A DNA stretch of 64,000 nt from Octopus sinensis (taxonomy: Eukaryota), in NCBI RefSeq assembly GCF_006345805.1, contig NC_042998.1, positions 56,792,001-56,856,000 on the forward strand, read 5' to 3'. Positions 27,478 through 39,714 of this stretch are shown in pieces. A model generated the notes under the pieces. It did no database searches. It was not told the origin of the DNA and was given only the letters and a program-made list of their open reading frames with translations. The position numbers were made by a program, and so were the translations under genes. How positions within the stretch are numbered: the first letter of the stretch is position 1; every line of letters starts with the position of its first letter.

Positions 27478-27721
27478 ATCATGTTCATTATTTACATTTA
27501 ACGGATATTTGTCTTCATCTTGCTTGTTGTTAATACAACGTTTCGGCTGATATACCTTCCAGCTTTCATCAGGTGTCTTGGGAAATTTCGAACCTGGATT
27601 CTCATTCCTAACATATTTTTCGATGTTGTTGTTATTATTATTAAGGTCACTGTCTGGAATCGAACTCGGAATCTTGGAGTTAGTAGCCCGCACTCTTAAC
27701 CACTACGCCATGTGCCCGTGG
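27478..27721 (-). mobile_element. tRNA-headed SINE-like element carrying a hammerhead variant
   Basis: A box TGGCGTAGTGG (27700-27710), B box GAGTTCGATTCC (27656-27667), short AAT/AAC repeat, then the HHR motif at 27532-27577. Confidence 0.65.
27532..27577 (-). ncRNA. minimal hammerhead variant (ACGU palindromic stem III)
   Basis: GACAC-CTGATGA-a-aGCTGgaaggtatatCAGCc-GAAACGTT-GTATT. Stem I has one mismatch; stem II base is imperfect. Confidence 0.65.
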
Positions 27722-28254
27722 GCAAAAAAAGTAAATTTTATGGTAGAATTTGATCCAGTAGAAGACAGAACAATCTTTCTTTTATGTTTAGCTAGTTTTA
27801 TTCTCTTTTCTATTCAACAATACCCAAATTGCAATAATGAAATACGAGAACCAACGATGGTAAACTCTCTTTTGTCACTCAAAATGCTAAATATAACAGC
27901 CAAAGTTAAACCTATAGACACATGGCTGGAACAATAGAACTGAATTTACAACATCTTATGCATTTTCAGAATGTGTTGTAAAAGAGAAATGGGTAAAAAC
28001 CTTAATAATAAGAGAGGCATCTAAATCAGAAATGGCGAAAGGTATATGTTGCGTCAAAAGGATTTCTTATGCCGCTATGGTATAAATCTTCCACAACTTA
28101 TGGAAAATAACAGCAGAAACTTACGGAAATGAAACAATCGGTATATATAGCACACGCGGTGGGCTCTCGATGACCGTTATTACAAAGGGAAGTAATTATT
28201 TCTTCACAATATGAGTCGGGATTGAAATCTTAAGTTTAAAACGAAGCAATATAG

Positions 28255-28318
<64 letters not shown>

Positions 28319-28418
28319 ACACACACACACACACTCATTCATGTATTTATACACACACATATTTAAAATTCTTTTTTTTTGTTATTATTTATGGTTATGT
28401 TCTTAGAGTTTTCAGTGT

Positions 28419-28467
28419 AATCATGTATAGCACTATTTCACCCATTTTAGAAATCTTCAGCATGATT
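28419..28467 (-). ncRNA. type I hammerhead ribozyme motif
   Basis: AATCATG-CTGAAGA-tttctaaaatgggt-GAAA-TAGtgCTA-TA-CATGATT: 7-bp stem I, intact core, stem III, AUA triplet. Stem II is weak. Confidence 0.55.
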
Positions 28468-29560
28468 TAACCAGTATATTTGCCAAACTCAATCAGAAAG
28501 CTTAGCGTTGATATTAACCTTTAGTCAAAAATAAATTTAAATAACCATTAAGTGTGTATGTGTCAGTGGCATAGTCGATGATCCCATTAATTTTTCCTTG
28601 AGGATTTCTGCAGAAATTTACATTGAGCACAAAATTTATATCTTTGCGAAGAATGTGAGCATCCATTCAAATAACTATTACTTAAATTATTTAGTTAACA
28701 AATGTATCCGATTTCATGTTAGAAAACTTAGGAGCGCACGTTTTCTCTTTCCTAGATGTGAAACCTGTGCGCGTGCACAAGTGCACAAGTTAAATGTATT
28801 AGTACTTATAATAGCGAAATAATTATTTCTAGTTTAAATTCGTCTTAGTACAATGTACATATCAAGGATTAAGTACGTCGATCGAAACGAAATGCAGATG
28901 AAATATTAAAGACGAAGCTAGCAGTCCAAAGAATTAAAATTGTACTTCAATTTTGTTTTTGAATACTTACATAAATTGGCTCTATGCCATGTTCTTAATG
29001 TTTGCTTAAGTTAATAAAACAAATCTGAACAAATATATTTAAATCCCATGTGTGCTTGTATTAATGCATTCTATGTATATTACATAACTTGTCTGTGCAT
29101 GTATCTAAATATTTTCATATGCATGTATGCACACACACACACACACACACACACACAGCGTATATAAACGGTCTTTCTGCAGAAATTTTATTTACTGCGC
29201 AAGATGTTCATGTTATTATTTAGTTAGACAAGGAAACTGAGACAGTTCCAGTTGGTATACTTACGAAATCAGGTCGTGCACTCAGTTTGAAGAGACCTGG
29301 TGCTGGATCTAAAATTGGTTTGTACGATGATTATTCCAGTTGGAATAATCGTTAGAAATGAAACTGCCTGCTTATTGTATTATAGTTTATACGGCTATTA
29401 CTTCTAACTCTTGAACCTTTAACGCAACCCTCAGGAAGTTTTAGGGCGACAAAACTTGAATTTTTCATTATAGTGACATACATCCACGCAGTTTCCCCAC
29501 AACCCAATTCCATTCAGTATTTTTCAGTATATATATATATATATATAATATATATATATA

Positions 29561-29772
29561 TGGCGTCCAGCTGTCTAAAAAGGGTGTTAGGCTGTTCAAG
29601 GAAAAGCGCCTCAAGAGCCTGGACCAGAAGCGACAAGCCCGAAAAGAGAGGATCCCCAACCCTACTTCTGCTGTTACGTGCCCAACATGTGGCCGCATCT
29701 GCGCGTCTGCCTTTGGTTACGCTCCCACCTCCGGCCTCACTGACGTCATTGTCGAACCCCGACAGACTTCCG

Positions 29773-29773
<1 letters not shown>
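29561..29773 (+). mobile_element. RTE-clade LINE 3' end
   Basis: KGVRLFKEKRLKSLDQKRQARKERIPNPTSAVTCPTCGRICASAFG/LRSHLRPH* (C-terminal C2H2 finger, one frameshift); TA-flanked. Confidence 0.8.
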
Positions 29774-29812
<39 letters not shown>

Positions 29813-30838
29813 TTATTTATTTATATATACATGGTGGTCCTCCAGCATGACCACAGCTGCATGGCTGAAACGAGTAAAAGAGTACATGTTTGTATATTTC
29901 AGCATCTCTCAACATAACTGTGTATATATTTATATATATCCACGTATGTCTTTGTGTATATCTTCGTGAGTGTATTTATTTCTATTACAGTGTCTAAATC
30001 CATGAGATATATATATGGATGTTTAACTTGAACTCATGAAGCATGATGTCTGCAGGGAAACCTGTGAATTGGGAACTAAATTCGAGAAGGTTGTAATTGT
30101 GAGGAGGAATGATTGAGGAAATGTTTATGGTGGGTTTTAACGCAGAGAATGACGGAAATATGAGAGACAGCTGTAGTTCTCAGGAATAGAAGCCGTTGTA
30201 ATAACAGCATAGGAAGGAGAGAAAGAGAGAGGGAGAGAGGGACGGGAGACCGAGAGGGAATGAGAGATGGGAGGGAAGGAAGGAGGGAGAGAAAGAAAGA
30301 GAGAGAGAGAAACTGAGAGAAATAGCCACTGCTACATTAGTGGGCCAGAATTTGCAGTGCGTTGGTGAGGGAAGATTTAGTAATCAATCGGGTGGCCTTG
30401 TATCGGATGCGTTTGCGTGTGTTTAGCAGCTGCTCTTTCACAGATACGCGAGGACTACACTAATGCGTCTCGTAACCATGCCGCCATCTTGCGATACCGA
30501 AATTTTTCTGTCAATACCCATATACTTAGTTTCAAAGTTTAGGATATTCGAATCTAATTTCAAGCTTTGAACCAACGTTGAAAACCACGAATAGTTCATG
30601 AAATTTACTTGCGATGCGTGTGTAGTTGTGTGTCTATATGTCTGTAAGTGTGAGTTTGCGGATGCGTATTTGTGTCTGTGTTTGTGTATGTGCATTTGTA
30701 TGAGTTTGCGAATGTGTATTCGTGCGTGTGTTTGTGAATGTTTAATTTGAAATCTTAGTACGGATGTGTATCTGTGTGTGTTTCGAACGTGTATTTGTGT
30801 GTGCGTTTGTGTGTGTGTGTGTTGTGTGTGTGTGTGTG

Positions 30839-30883
<45 letters not shown>

Positions 30884-31252
30884 TGTGTATGTGTGTGTGT
30901 AAAAATGAAAATCACGAATAGCTCATGAAATTTGCGTGCGATGTGTGTACACGTATGTATGAGAGTGGTCTACGAGTGTGTATGTGTCTATGTTTGCAAG
31001 TGTACAAGCATGTGAGCTTGTGTTTGCATATGTTTATGCGTGTGAATGGGTGTGTGTGAATGCGCGCGTGTGTATGTGTGTGTGCGTATATGTGTGTGCG
31101 TATATGTGTATGTGTATGTGTGTGTGTGTGCGTGAGTGTGTGTCTTTTAAATGTGCTCTGTCTGAATATCACGTCTGAATATGTACAAGTGTATTAGATA
31201 CGTGGTCACATGTATTCGCGCCAGTGCGCGTGGGTATGTCTGTGTCAGTGTA

Positions 31253-31284
<32 letters not shown>

Positions 31285-33171
31285 AGTGCATGTTTGCCTG
31301 CTTGTGTATCGTTGCGTCTACGAGTTTGCGTATGTACGAGCGTATATGGGTGTGTGTGTATGTATGTGTGTGTGTGGTGTGTGTGTGTGTATGCGAGTAT
31401 GTGTGTCAATGTATGTGTGCATGTCTATATAAAATCTATGTTATTGTGCAGTTGGTATTTTCTGTCTTTATAAACACAGAACATGCTGGCTTACGAGTAT
31501 CTACGTACAAGTTTATCTTTCTACATCTCTTCCCTTTCATTTTTCCTATGTTTGTATACAAACGTGTTGCTGTCTATTTGCAGACGTGCGTAATTATCCA
31601 CACATGCAACTCAAAAGACTCCCGAGTGTAATCGGTGCATTCTTCTGTTATTCTAACATGTAAAAACATTATTGCTACACGGTCTACCGAGGAAACCTCC
31701 ACGTTGTCGCCCGGTCTACTCGACATAGTAGCCAAAATCACACTCGAATTGCACCCTGTCGATTTTAGATAAAGGAAGTTGCATTGTATAATGTCGGTTC
31801 TGGTATACAAAATGACGTGGTGACCACTGCTGGAACACTTCCAGTCATAGGTTTCCTCGATAAAGGGTCCTGTTGTACTGGGACCAGGCATTAATAATAA
31901 CAAAGGTACCGCTGCTTGTCAGAGAAAAAAAACAGTCAAATCTCCCTTGAATCTCACCCTGCTGTCTTAAAAAAGTAAAGAACTTACTGGACATGGTAGT
32001 TCTATATGCCCTGACAGATATAATGGGCATGGCTAGATTGTCGTTCCCTATAGATCAGCAGAGTCAGGCCTAAACATCAACAGATACATTAACGAACCAC
32101 GGAGGAAGCGCCTACGTGGTCGCTCGACCTATCAAAAATAGCACTCAAGTCTCCTTCAAGTTACACCTACCAACTTAAAGAAATAGGCTCATTACATAAT
32201 GTGGTTCTAAGTACAACGACGAGGACAACAATAACAGCAACAAGTCTTAGTACAGTAGGAATTAATCAGGAAACTCCCTTCAGCAAGGTGTCAACAAATA
32301 TATTTTCCGCGCCAGGCTGACAGTACCAGGTTGTTACAACAGATGCAACTGTAGTTAGTTCTTTATAAGGAGAAACACTTAGTTTTGCTGTGAGTTTTTT
32401 TTTATGGTAACGTTGGTGATGGTGGTGATAGTTTTGTTGTTGTTGTTGTTCTTGGTGGTGGTGGTGGTGGTGGTAGGGTTTAGAATATTGAGGGAAAGCG
32501 CGTGGGTATCAACGTTTTAATTTCATTTTGCCTTACAATAGTTTCAAAGTAATCAAAGACGGTCGCAGGCATAGCTGAGTGGTAAAGCAGCTTATTTTGA
32601 AACTACACTGTATTGTGTTCGATCTCAATGCATGTCACCTTGGGTAAGTTACTTCTAAAGCGAAGTGAAATTTGGTAGACAGAAAATGTAGAAGCTATTC
32701 ATATGACCATGTCTGAGTGTGAATATGAGTGTGTATGTGTAAGCGCGCTGTGTGTGCGCGTGCACCAGCGTATGCTTGCGTATATTTATCTTTCGCTGAT
32801 GTAAATCGGTGAAAGTTTTAAACATTCAGTCTATTACTCAGTGGTGAGTAGTAGAAGTATATATCCTGACCATTAGCTAGCACACCTTCTCTCTATTCAT
32901 TTCTTTATTGTCTCTCTCCTGCTTTCTTTTTTTTTCTCTCTCTCTTGTTTTTTTGATTTGAAACCCTCGATCGAATAACACCGTTTACAAAAACTATGCT
33001 TGGAATGACCATTAGAACTCACACACAAGATACAGGAAACTTACATATACACCATTCTGCTTAAATAATAGAACTGCAGATACGAGTCTTACGTCTGTTT
33101 TCATTCCTCTACTTCTCTCTGTATTTCATATCTTCTCTATATTAACTATTACTTAAACATTTTCTCGCACC

Positions 33172-33219
33172 GTCTCTCATGAAGGGATATATGAAATATC
33201 CCGGAAACAGCTGTAAGAC
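33172..33219 (+). ncRNA. hammerhead motif with core substitution (G5C, probably inactive)
   Basis: GTCT-CTCATGA-a-GGGATATatgaaATATCCC-g-GAAAC-agct-GTA-AGAC. 7-bp stem II, ACAGCTGT palindrome. Confidence 0.6.
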
Positions 33220-33325
33220 CTCTTTATAAATGTCCTGAAAACTTTCACAGCCTTGGATTCTTTTTATCTCATTCTGTTAATATATATATATGTATATATA
33301 TGTGTATATATATATGTGTGTATAA

Positions 33326-33394
<69 letters not shown>

Positions 33395-33404
33395 TATATA
33401 TATC

Positions 33405-33613
33405 GCCATGTTGATTCGTTAGCTACTGCAGGCATTTTTTTCTCTCCTTCTTTCTGTGTTTTTTTTCTCTCTGTGTATCTTTCTGTTGAAGAGCGTAGGC
33501 TCGAAACGTTAAAGACTTGTTTTATTTATATTTCCTGAACGCCATACTAATACAATTGTTCGTTTGTTTTCCACCTGCCTTCGTCTTTTGTCTATTTTCA
33601 TAAGCTTCCCGTT
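33405..33613 (+). repeat. TA-flanked short repeat with HHR-like core (TTGAAGAGCGTAGGCTCGAAACGTT)
   Basis: Near-identical reverse-complement copy at 41198-41401. GAGC/GCTC hairpin before GAAACGTT; stem I is unclear. Confidence 0.6.
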
Positions 33614-33620
33614 ATATATA

Positions 33621-33660
<40 letters not shown>

Positions 33661-34178
33661 TTTTATCCTTTTACGAGCGAAAGAGTATATCAAACCGTTG
33701 ATCGTTTCCGGGTTTCGGTATTGTTAAATCAGTGAAAGATAAATTAATAACTCTTCGAGATAGGACTCTGTTGTGTCGCATAAAGTGTTCTCCGTGTTAG
33801 GAATTAAACTTCGGTTTGTTAAAACCAAAGAACCAGCATTCAAGCATTACTGTCATTCACAATTTGTATGAGTTGGTAACATGTACAATGCTTTCTCTAA
33901 TTGCTTTAGGTGCCTATGTAGTCCTCTCACACTACCTCATTCTTGAACCAGCAGGAGCTCTCAGATATGACAGCTAGAGAAAGAGAGGCCTGCAACTTAA
34001 ATGAAGTATTTTGCTCAAAGAGACGACACATCAGCCGAAATTGGAACTGAACTCACGACCTTATGATAATGATCGCAACATTCTAACATCCAGGCTACGT
34101 CACTTCTTAAACTCAACGAACTACAGACGTCAAATTATACAGCGCTGTGATTGTTATGTCATTTAAATTCAGATTGGA

Positions 34179-34563
34179 TGGAAGCACTCCGTCGGTTACG
34201 ACGACGAAGGTTCCGGTTGATCCGATCAACGGAACAGCCTGCTCGTGAAATTAACGTGTAAGTGGCTGAGCACTCCACAGACACGTGTACCCTTAACGCA
34301 GTTCTCGGGGATATTCAGCGTGACACAGAGAGTGACAAGGCCGGCCCTTTGAAATACAGGTACAACAGAAACAGGAAGTAAGAGTGAGAGAAAGTTGTGG
34401 TGAAAGAGTACAGCAGGGATCACCTCCCATCCCCTGCCGGAGCCTCGTGGAGCTTTAGGTGTTTTCGCTCAATAAACACTCGCAACGCCCGGTCTGGGAA
34501 TCGAAACCGCGATCCTATGACCGCGAGTCCGCTGCCCTAACCACTGGGCCATTGCGCCTCCAC
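34179..34563 (-). mobile_element. tRNA-derived SINE (family C) with 11-bp TSD
   Basis: GGAGGCGCAATGGCCCAGTGG head; TSD AAATTCAGATT at 34165-34175 and 34564-34574. Confidence 0.88.
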
Positions 34564-34886
34564 AAATTCAGATTACCAACAATTGAAAAAGTCTAAAGAT
34601 GTACCTGCTTCTTTTTCCAAACAATGCGTCCAGGACTTCGTTATACATGACTCAAACATTTTAAAAAGTCAGTAGATTGGTATTTGGGAGAAATTTGTTT
34701 GTTATTTCTTGCACATCGAGTGACTACGTAGAGTCTAAACACAATTGATATTTGTAACTCTCTATGCAGCCAATTTGCAGCAGAGACAAGAGCAGGGTAC
34801 GATCTGCTGACATCTCGGCTTCAGCTTCTTTATCCACTCGATGAGCTAAACTCGCAACAATCTCAAGATAGCTGGTATTTATCATA

Positions 34887-35271
34887 GTGGAGGCGCAATG
34901 CCCCAGTGGTTAGGGCAGCGGACTCGCGGTCGTAGGATCGCGGATTTCGATTCCCAGACCGGGCGTTGTGAGTGTTTATTGAGCGAAAACACCTAAAGCT
35001 CCACGAGGCTCCAGCAGGGGATGGTGGTGATCCCTGCTGTACTCTTTCACCACAACTTTCTCTCACTCTTACTTCCTGTTTCTGTTGTACCTGTATTTCA
35101 AGGGGCCGGCCTTGTCACTCTCTGTGTCACGCTGAATATCCCCGAGAACTACGTTAAGGGTATACGTGTCTGTGGAGTGCTCAGCCACTTACACGTTAAT
35201 TTCACGAGCAGGCTGTTCCGTTGATCGGATCAACCGGAACCCTCATCGTCGTAACCGACGGAGTGCTTCCA
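34887..35271 (+). mobile_element. tRNA-derived SINE (family C) with 14-bp TSD
   Basis: TSD TGGTATTTATCATA on both sides. Confidence 0.88.
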
Positions 35272-35544
35272 TGGTATTTATCATACTGTCAGTGTGTGCG
35301 GTAGAACAGGTGTAATCTCTCGGAAAGACTTTTCTCACTCGTTTGCTTTCTCTCTGTTTGAAACGGTTGATACCCCTCCGCCATCACTTTCAATATCCTC
35401 TTCATGTTCCTTGTAATGTGTAACAAGTAAAACTGAAGCTCCAGTTGTCAGCTGTTCAACAGTACTTCCTGGGCTCATCCGGTTAAGATTTGGATTCAAG
35501 CGTATCAAAGCAAATGACGCACACAAATACAAATACATAAACAT

Positions 35545-35775
35545 ATACTCTCTCTTTACTCTTTCCTCTTTTGTTTCATTCATTTGACTGTGGCCATACT
35601 GGAGCACCACCTTTAGTCGAGCAGATCGACCCCAGGACTTATTCTTTGGATGCCTAGTACTTATTCTATCGGTCTCTTTTGCCGAACCGCTAAGTTACGG
35701 GGACGTAAACACACCACCATCAATTGTCAATCGATGTTGGGGGGGGGGGACAAACACAGACACACAAACATATAC
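35545..35775 (-). mobile_element. SINE family A, 3' part
   Basis: Reverse complement of 540-760. Confidence 0.75.
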
Positions 35776-35779
35776 ACAC

Positions 35780-35810
<31 letters not shown>

Positions 35811-36650
35811 AATATAACAATTTAGGAATGGCCTAAACAGGCCATTCGTCCACCAGAAAGAGCAGCCAGAACTCCAACCGCCAAGTAGTGTAATTCGGAA
35901 ATAAGGTGAAAATTAAAAACATTTACCCTAATTCATCTTTTATACGATGCATCGTTTCAGTGTCTTTAATGAATTAGGGTAAATGTTTTTAAATTTTCAC
36001 CTTATTTCCGAATTACACTACTTGGCGGTTGGAGTTCTGGCTGCTCTTTCTGGTGGACGAATGGCCTGTTTAGGCCATTCCTAAATTGTTATATTTATGC
36101 ATATTTAGTCTGACTATTTTCTCTTTTCCACCAGGCCGCTGGTAGCGATAAATTTTACTGAACTTTTTGCTACCCTAAATTGATTAATTGATAATTTCTG
36201 ACTAATTCTGAGATTGAATCGGCAGTTTATATTTGCTGCCGATAAGTTTGGCGCGAATGCGTTGGTCTTGAAAATTTTAAGACAGATATTCCCGAGCTTG
36301 ATACAGTCGCCTCGTGTATATCCGTCTCTCCAGGTTTCTTTACTGATGAAGTGTGACCTATGGTAGACTAGCTTAATTTAATTTAATTAAGCTGGTCTAT
36401 CATTAAAGACACTGAAACGATGCATCGTATAAAAGATGAATTAGGGTAAATGTTTTAAATTTTCACTTTATTTCCGAATTACACTACTTGGCGGTTTGAG
36501 TTCTGGCTGCTCTTTCTGGTGGACGAATGGCCTGTTTAGGCCATTCCTAAATTGTTATATTTATGCATATTTAGTCGTTGACTATTTTCTCTTTTCCACC
36601 AGGCCGCTGGTAGCGATAAATTTTATGAATTTTTTGCTACCCTAAATTGA
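35811..36650. mobile_element. non-coding HHR-bearing repeat (PLE pLTR/retrozyme-like), partial tandem with 5' inversion
   Basis: 468-bp periodicity (AGGCCGCTGG at 36133 and 36601); inverted segment 35811-35971; flanked by (TA)n. Confidence 0.75.
36336..36436 (+). ncRNA. type I hammerhead ribozyme with extended stem II
   Basis: CTGATGA(36343)-AGTGT...19-bp hairpin...ACACT-GAAAC(36414)-gatgcatc-GTA(36427)-taaaaga. CGATGCATCG palindrome; stem I is 4 bp plus a bulge. Confidence 0.78.
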
Positions 36651-37068
36651 TATAATATAATATATATATATATATATATATTAGAAAAATTGAGGTAATC
36701 AGATCAGATGGTTCATATTGTAGATATTTATTTATATATTACATTTTTACATATATATCATATCATTCGGATTAGCGCTTGCTCCCATTCTAGTGGGTTT
36801 TCAAATCAAATCAGTTGTGGGTAGTTTGAACTTTTTATAGTTTCGTAGTAGTGGGTGAGGAGGAAGTGAGACAGAGAGAAAATAGTGTGTATGTGTGTGG
36901 TGTCTGTGTGTGGTGTGCTGTTGTGTGGTGTGTGCTTTATATCTGAGAGTGAAGAAGTGTTATTTCCGTTGGTCTGCTGGACCCCCTGTGGTTTTATAAG
37001 AACTTTGGCTGTCCTTTCAATGTCACTGAGTGTGTGTTGTGCATAGGTTGGCCTGGCAAATGTCATTT

Positions 37069-37124
<56 letters not shown>

Positions 37125-37126
<2 letters not shown>

Positions 37127-37290
37127 TACATACGACGGGCTTTTTTCAGTTTCCGTCTACCAAATCCACTCACAAGGCTTTGGTCGGCCCGAGGCTATAG
37201 TAGAAGACACTTGCCTAAGGTGCCACGCAGTAGGACTGAACCCGAAACCATGTGGTTCGTAAGCAAGCTACTTACCACACAAACACGCAC
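37125..37290 (-). mobile_element. SINE family A, 5' part
   Basis: Reverse complement of the head. Confidence 0.8.
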
Positions 37291-37654
37291 ACTGCACACA
37301 CACATCACACACATATGTATGTATGCACGTTTGTGTGCTCTTGCGTATGTATGCATATACGAGAGAAAAAGATAATCGACGGCGTAAAGACTAATAGAGC
37401 AGTCTTTTCGAACCAAATGTTGAGTGGTATTTATGCTGCACAGGTTGATTAGATGCTTCTTTACCATTCTCGCCATCGCAAATGCTGTGAAGCCAATAAT
37501 CAGAGCGTTGGAAACTTGTAAGTAATGATATTATTCTTCACAAATTGCATATATACAGAAATATGTGCGTATCTATATACATGTATCTAAACACACACAC
37601 ACACACACACACCACACACACACACACACACACATGCACGCACACACACACACA

Positions 37655-37695
<41 letters not shown>

Positions 37696-38726
37696 GACAG
37701 GCAAATATGAAAACTCATAAGGAAGGTATTTATATAAAAAGTTGCATATATGAATTAATCATGACTTTTCTTTACAGCTGTTTTGGATGAGCGCAGATTT
37801 ATTGATATATCCATGCATATAATGCAATAGTGAGTCGATATTGTAGGTATACGTAAAAGCAAAGGAAAAACATCCACGAACGAGGATTTTGATAGCACCT
37901 TGCATCGATTTCCCCACTAGATTAACGATTTCCCCACTAGAAATGATGGCCAAAATAATACTTTTTTATGTATGTATGCTTCTCTTCTATTTTTTATCAT
38001 TTAAGTTTTCCTCTGATGGAGGAGCTAGTTTCTAACAAATATACAAAGCTAGTGCGATCATTGGAATGCAGATAGCGAGAACAATTTTTAAACCTGAGAA
38101 AAGTCTTGCATTTGTAATATGCTAGTCAGTTGATTTCTTTTGCAGAAAATCCAAGATTATCCAGTCCTGTCACTTAGACATTTACTCACAAAGACAAGTG
38201 CACCAATTATTATTGGTATAAATATAAATTTGTAATCGGGATATAGAACCTGGAGGTTTCGGAACAGTTGTCCACAGTTATCTTTTTCTCATTGATTTTC
38301 AAAAAGATATTCACATCAGCAGGACAGCTGAATTCTATGACGGTGCATACTTTTGTCTGTTACAAGCAACAATATCCGGCCTGTTTAAGCTTACACTTGA
38401 AATGTGTTTTGATGGGAATGTTCCACCAGTTTCCCTTGCGTCTGATATTTGTGTACATATTCATTAACACGGGATTATCTATATTTATTTCAGAACATCC
38501 TGTTTTCTGAATGGTAATGTATATTGTTTTCGCGACAACGTCCTGTCGTACAGGGAGTTAGTAACTTGCTGACATTTTTCAGCAGCTGCTAATCCCATGT
38601 GTGATGTCTAAATATGACATAATCTACATTTACAGTTGTATCCTGGAACTTCTAGGGCTTCACTGTCTCTTTTATTTATCAGGTATCTAGGAGCAATCTC
38701 CTGTCCTTGGATTGAAAATGCATATA

Positions 38727-38757
<31 letters not shown>

Positions 38758-39080
38758 GTATGTATGTATGTATGTATGTATGTATGTATGTATGTATGTA
38801 TTTATGTATGTGTGTATGTATGTATGTCTGTATGCATGCATGTATGTATGTATGTGTATGTATGTATGTATGTATGTCTGTATGCATGTATGTATGCATG
38901 TATGTATGTATGTATGTATGTATGTATATGTATGTATGTATTATGTACGTATGTATGTATATATATATATATGTGTGTTTGTGTATGTATGCATGTATGT
39001 ATGCATGTATGTATGTATGTATGTATGTACGTACGTACATATGTATGATTGTGTATATATATGTATGTTTATATGTATGT
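38727..39080. repeat. (TATG)n microsatellite (representative of many TA/CA/GT/TAT/CTAT/GA tracts)
   Basis: Read directly; similar tracts at 16278-16340, 17363-17520, 25906-26005, 30800-30900, 46712-46925 and 55036-55480. Confidence 0.95.
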
Positions 39081-39714
39081 ATTTAATTTTAGACTAACAA
39101 TATTTACGTCAAATTCCCGATTTCAATAATGCAACGACGCGACGCAATAGAACCTGTATTTTACCCGCCTGTTAAGAGACCAAAATCTGCTGCAGCCTAC
39201 TCACTGGAACTGAATTTTCAATTTAGCTGATAGAAATGAAATCAAAAGTAGTATTTAGCTGTTATAAATTCTCTTCAATAAGGACTGATGACGTGTTTTT
39301 ATCCACGATGTCATACTGCGTAGACAATTGGTTGATTTTCGCAATGTCCCTGCCATTTCTAACGGTTACTTGAGACACTATGTAATTAGCCACATATACG
39401 AAATATCATCATATAAATTACATGACGCTATGTAATTAACCACACACCAGAAAATACCAGATAAAATTACGCAATTCAGCATATAGTTAATTATATATAA
39501 GAAAATGTTTGTAACACTTGCCGTGGTTTGGAATACACGTTTCTAGCAAAATTAGAGATATAGATCCATATGGAGTTTTGATCATTCATCGATTAACTTG
39601 TGTGGAATCTGATTTTCGACTAATAAGTAAAGTGTTCTGCAGACTATCTGACAACTTCTTAATAAGATCCCTTCCCTATACCTATACCTTGGTTGGAGTT
39701 TTTCACCGTAGAGG

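Noticed and set aside
29265-29308. 44-nt minus-strand segment between ttttag and gtaagt (possible cassette or poison exon in the last intron)
   Set aside because: Inclusion would put a stop inside the MAM domain. There is no homology or transcript support, and such sites arise by chance in 27 kb.
31574-31903. 109-aa minus-strand ORF containing PSTTGP (MAM-like motif)
   Set aside because: No other MAM residues, no convincing splice sites, and the MAM domain is already complete without it.
38380-38510. Minus-strand reading with GNWW or TFQ resembling the middle MAM exon
   Set aside because: In-frame stop or poor splice sites; the true exon is at 45780-45893.
39283-39312. CTGATGA followed by a CGTG/CACG hairpin
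   Set aside because: No GAAA after the stem, so it is not a hammerhead.
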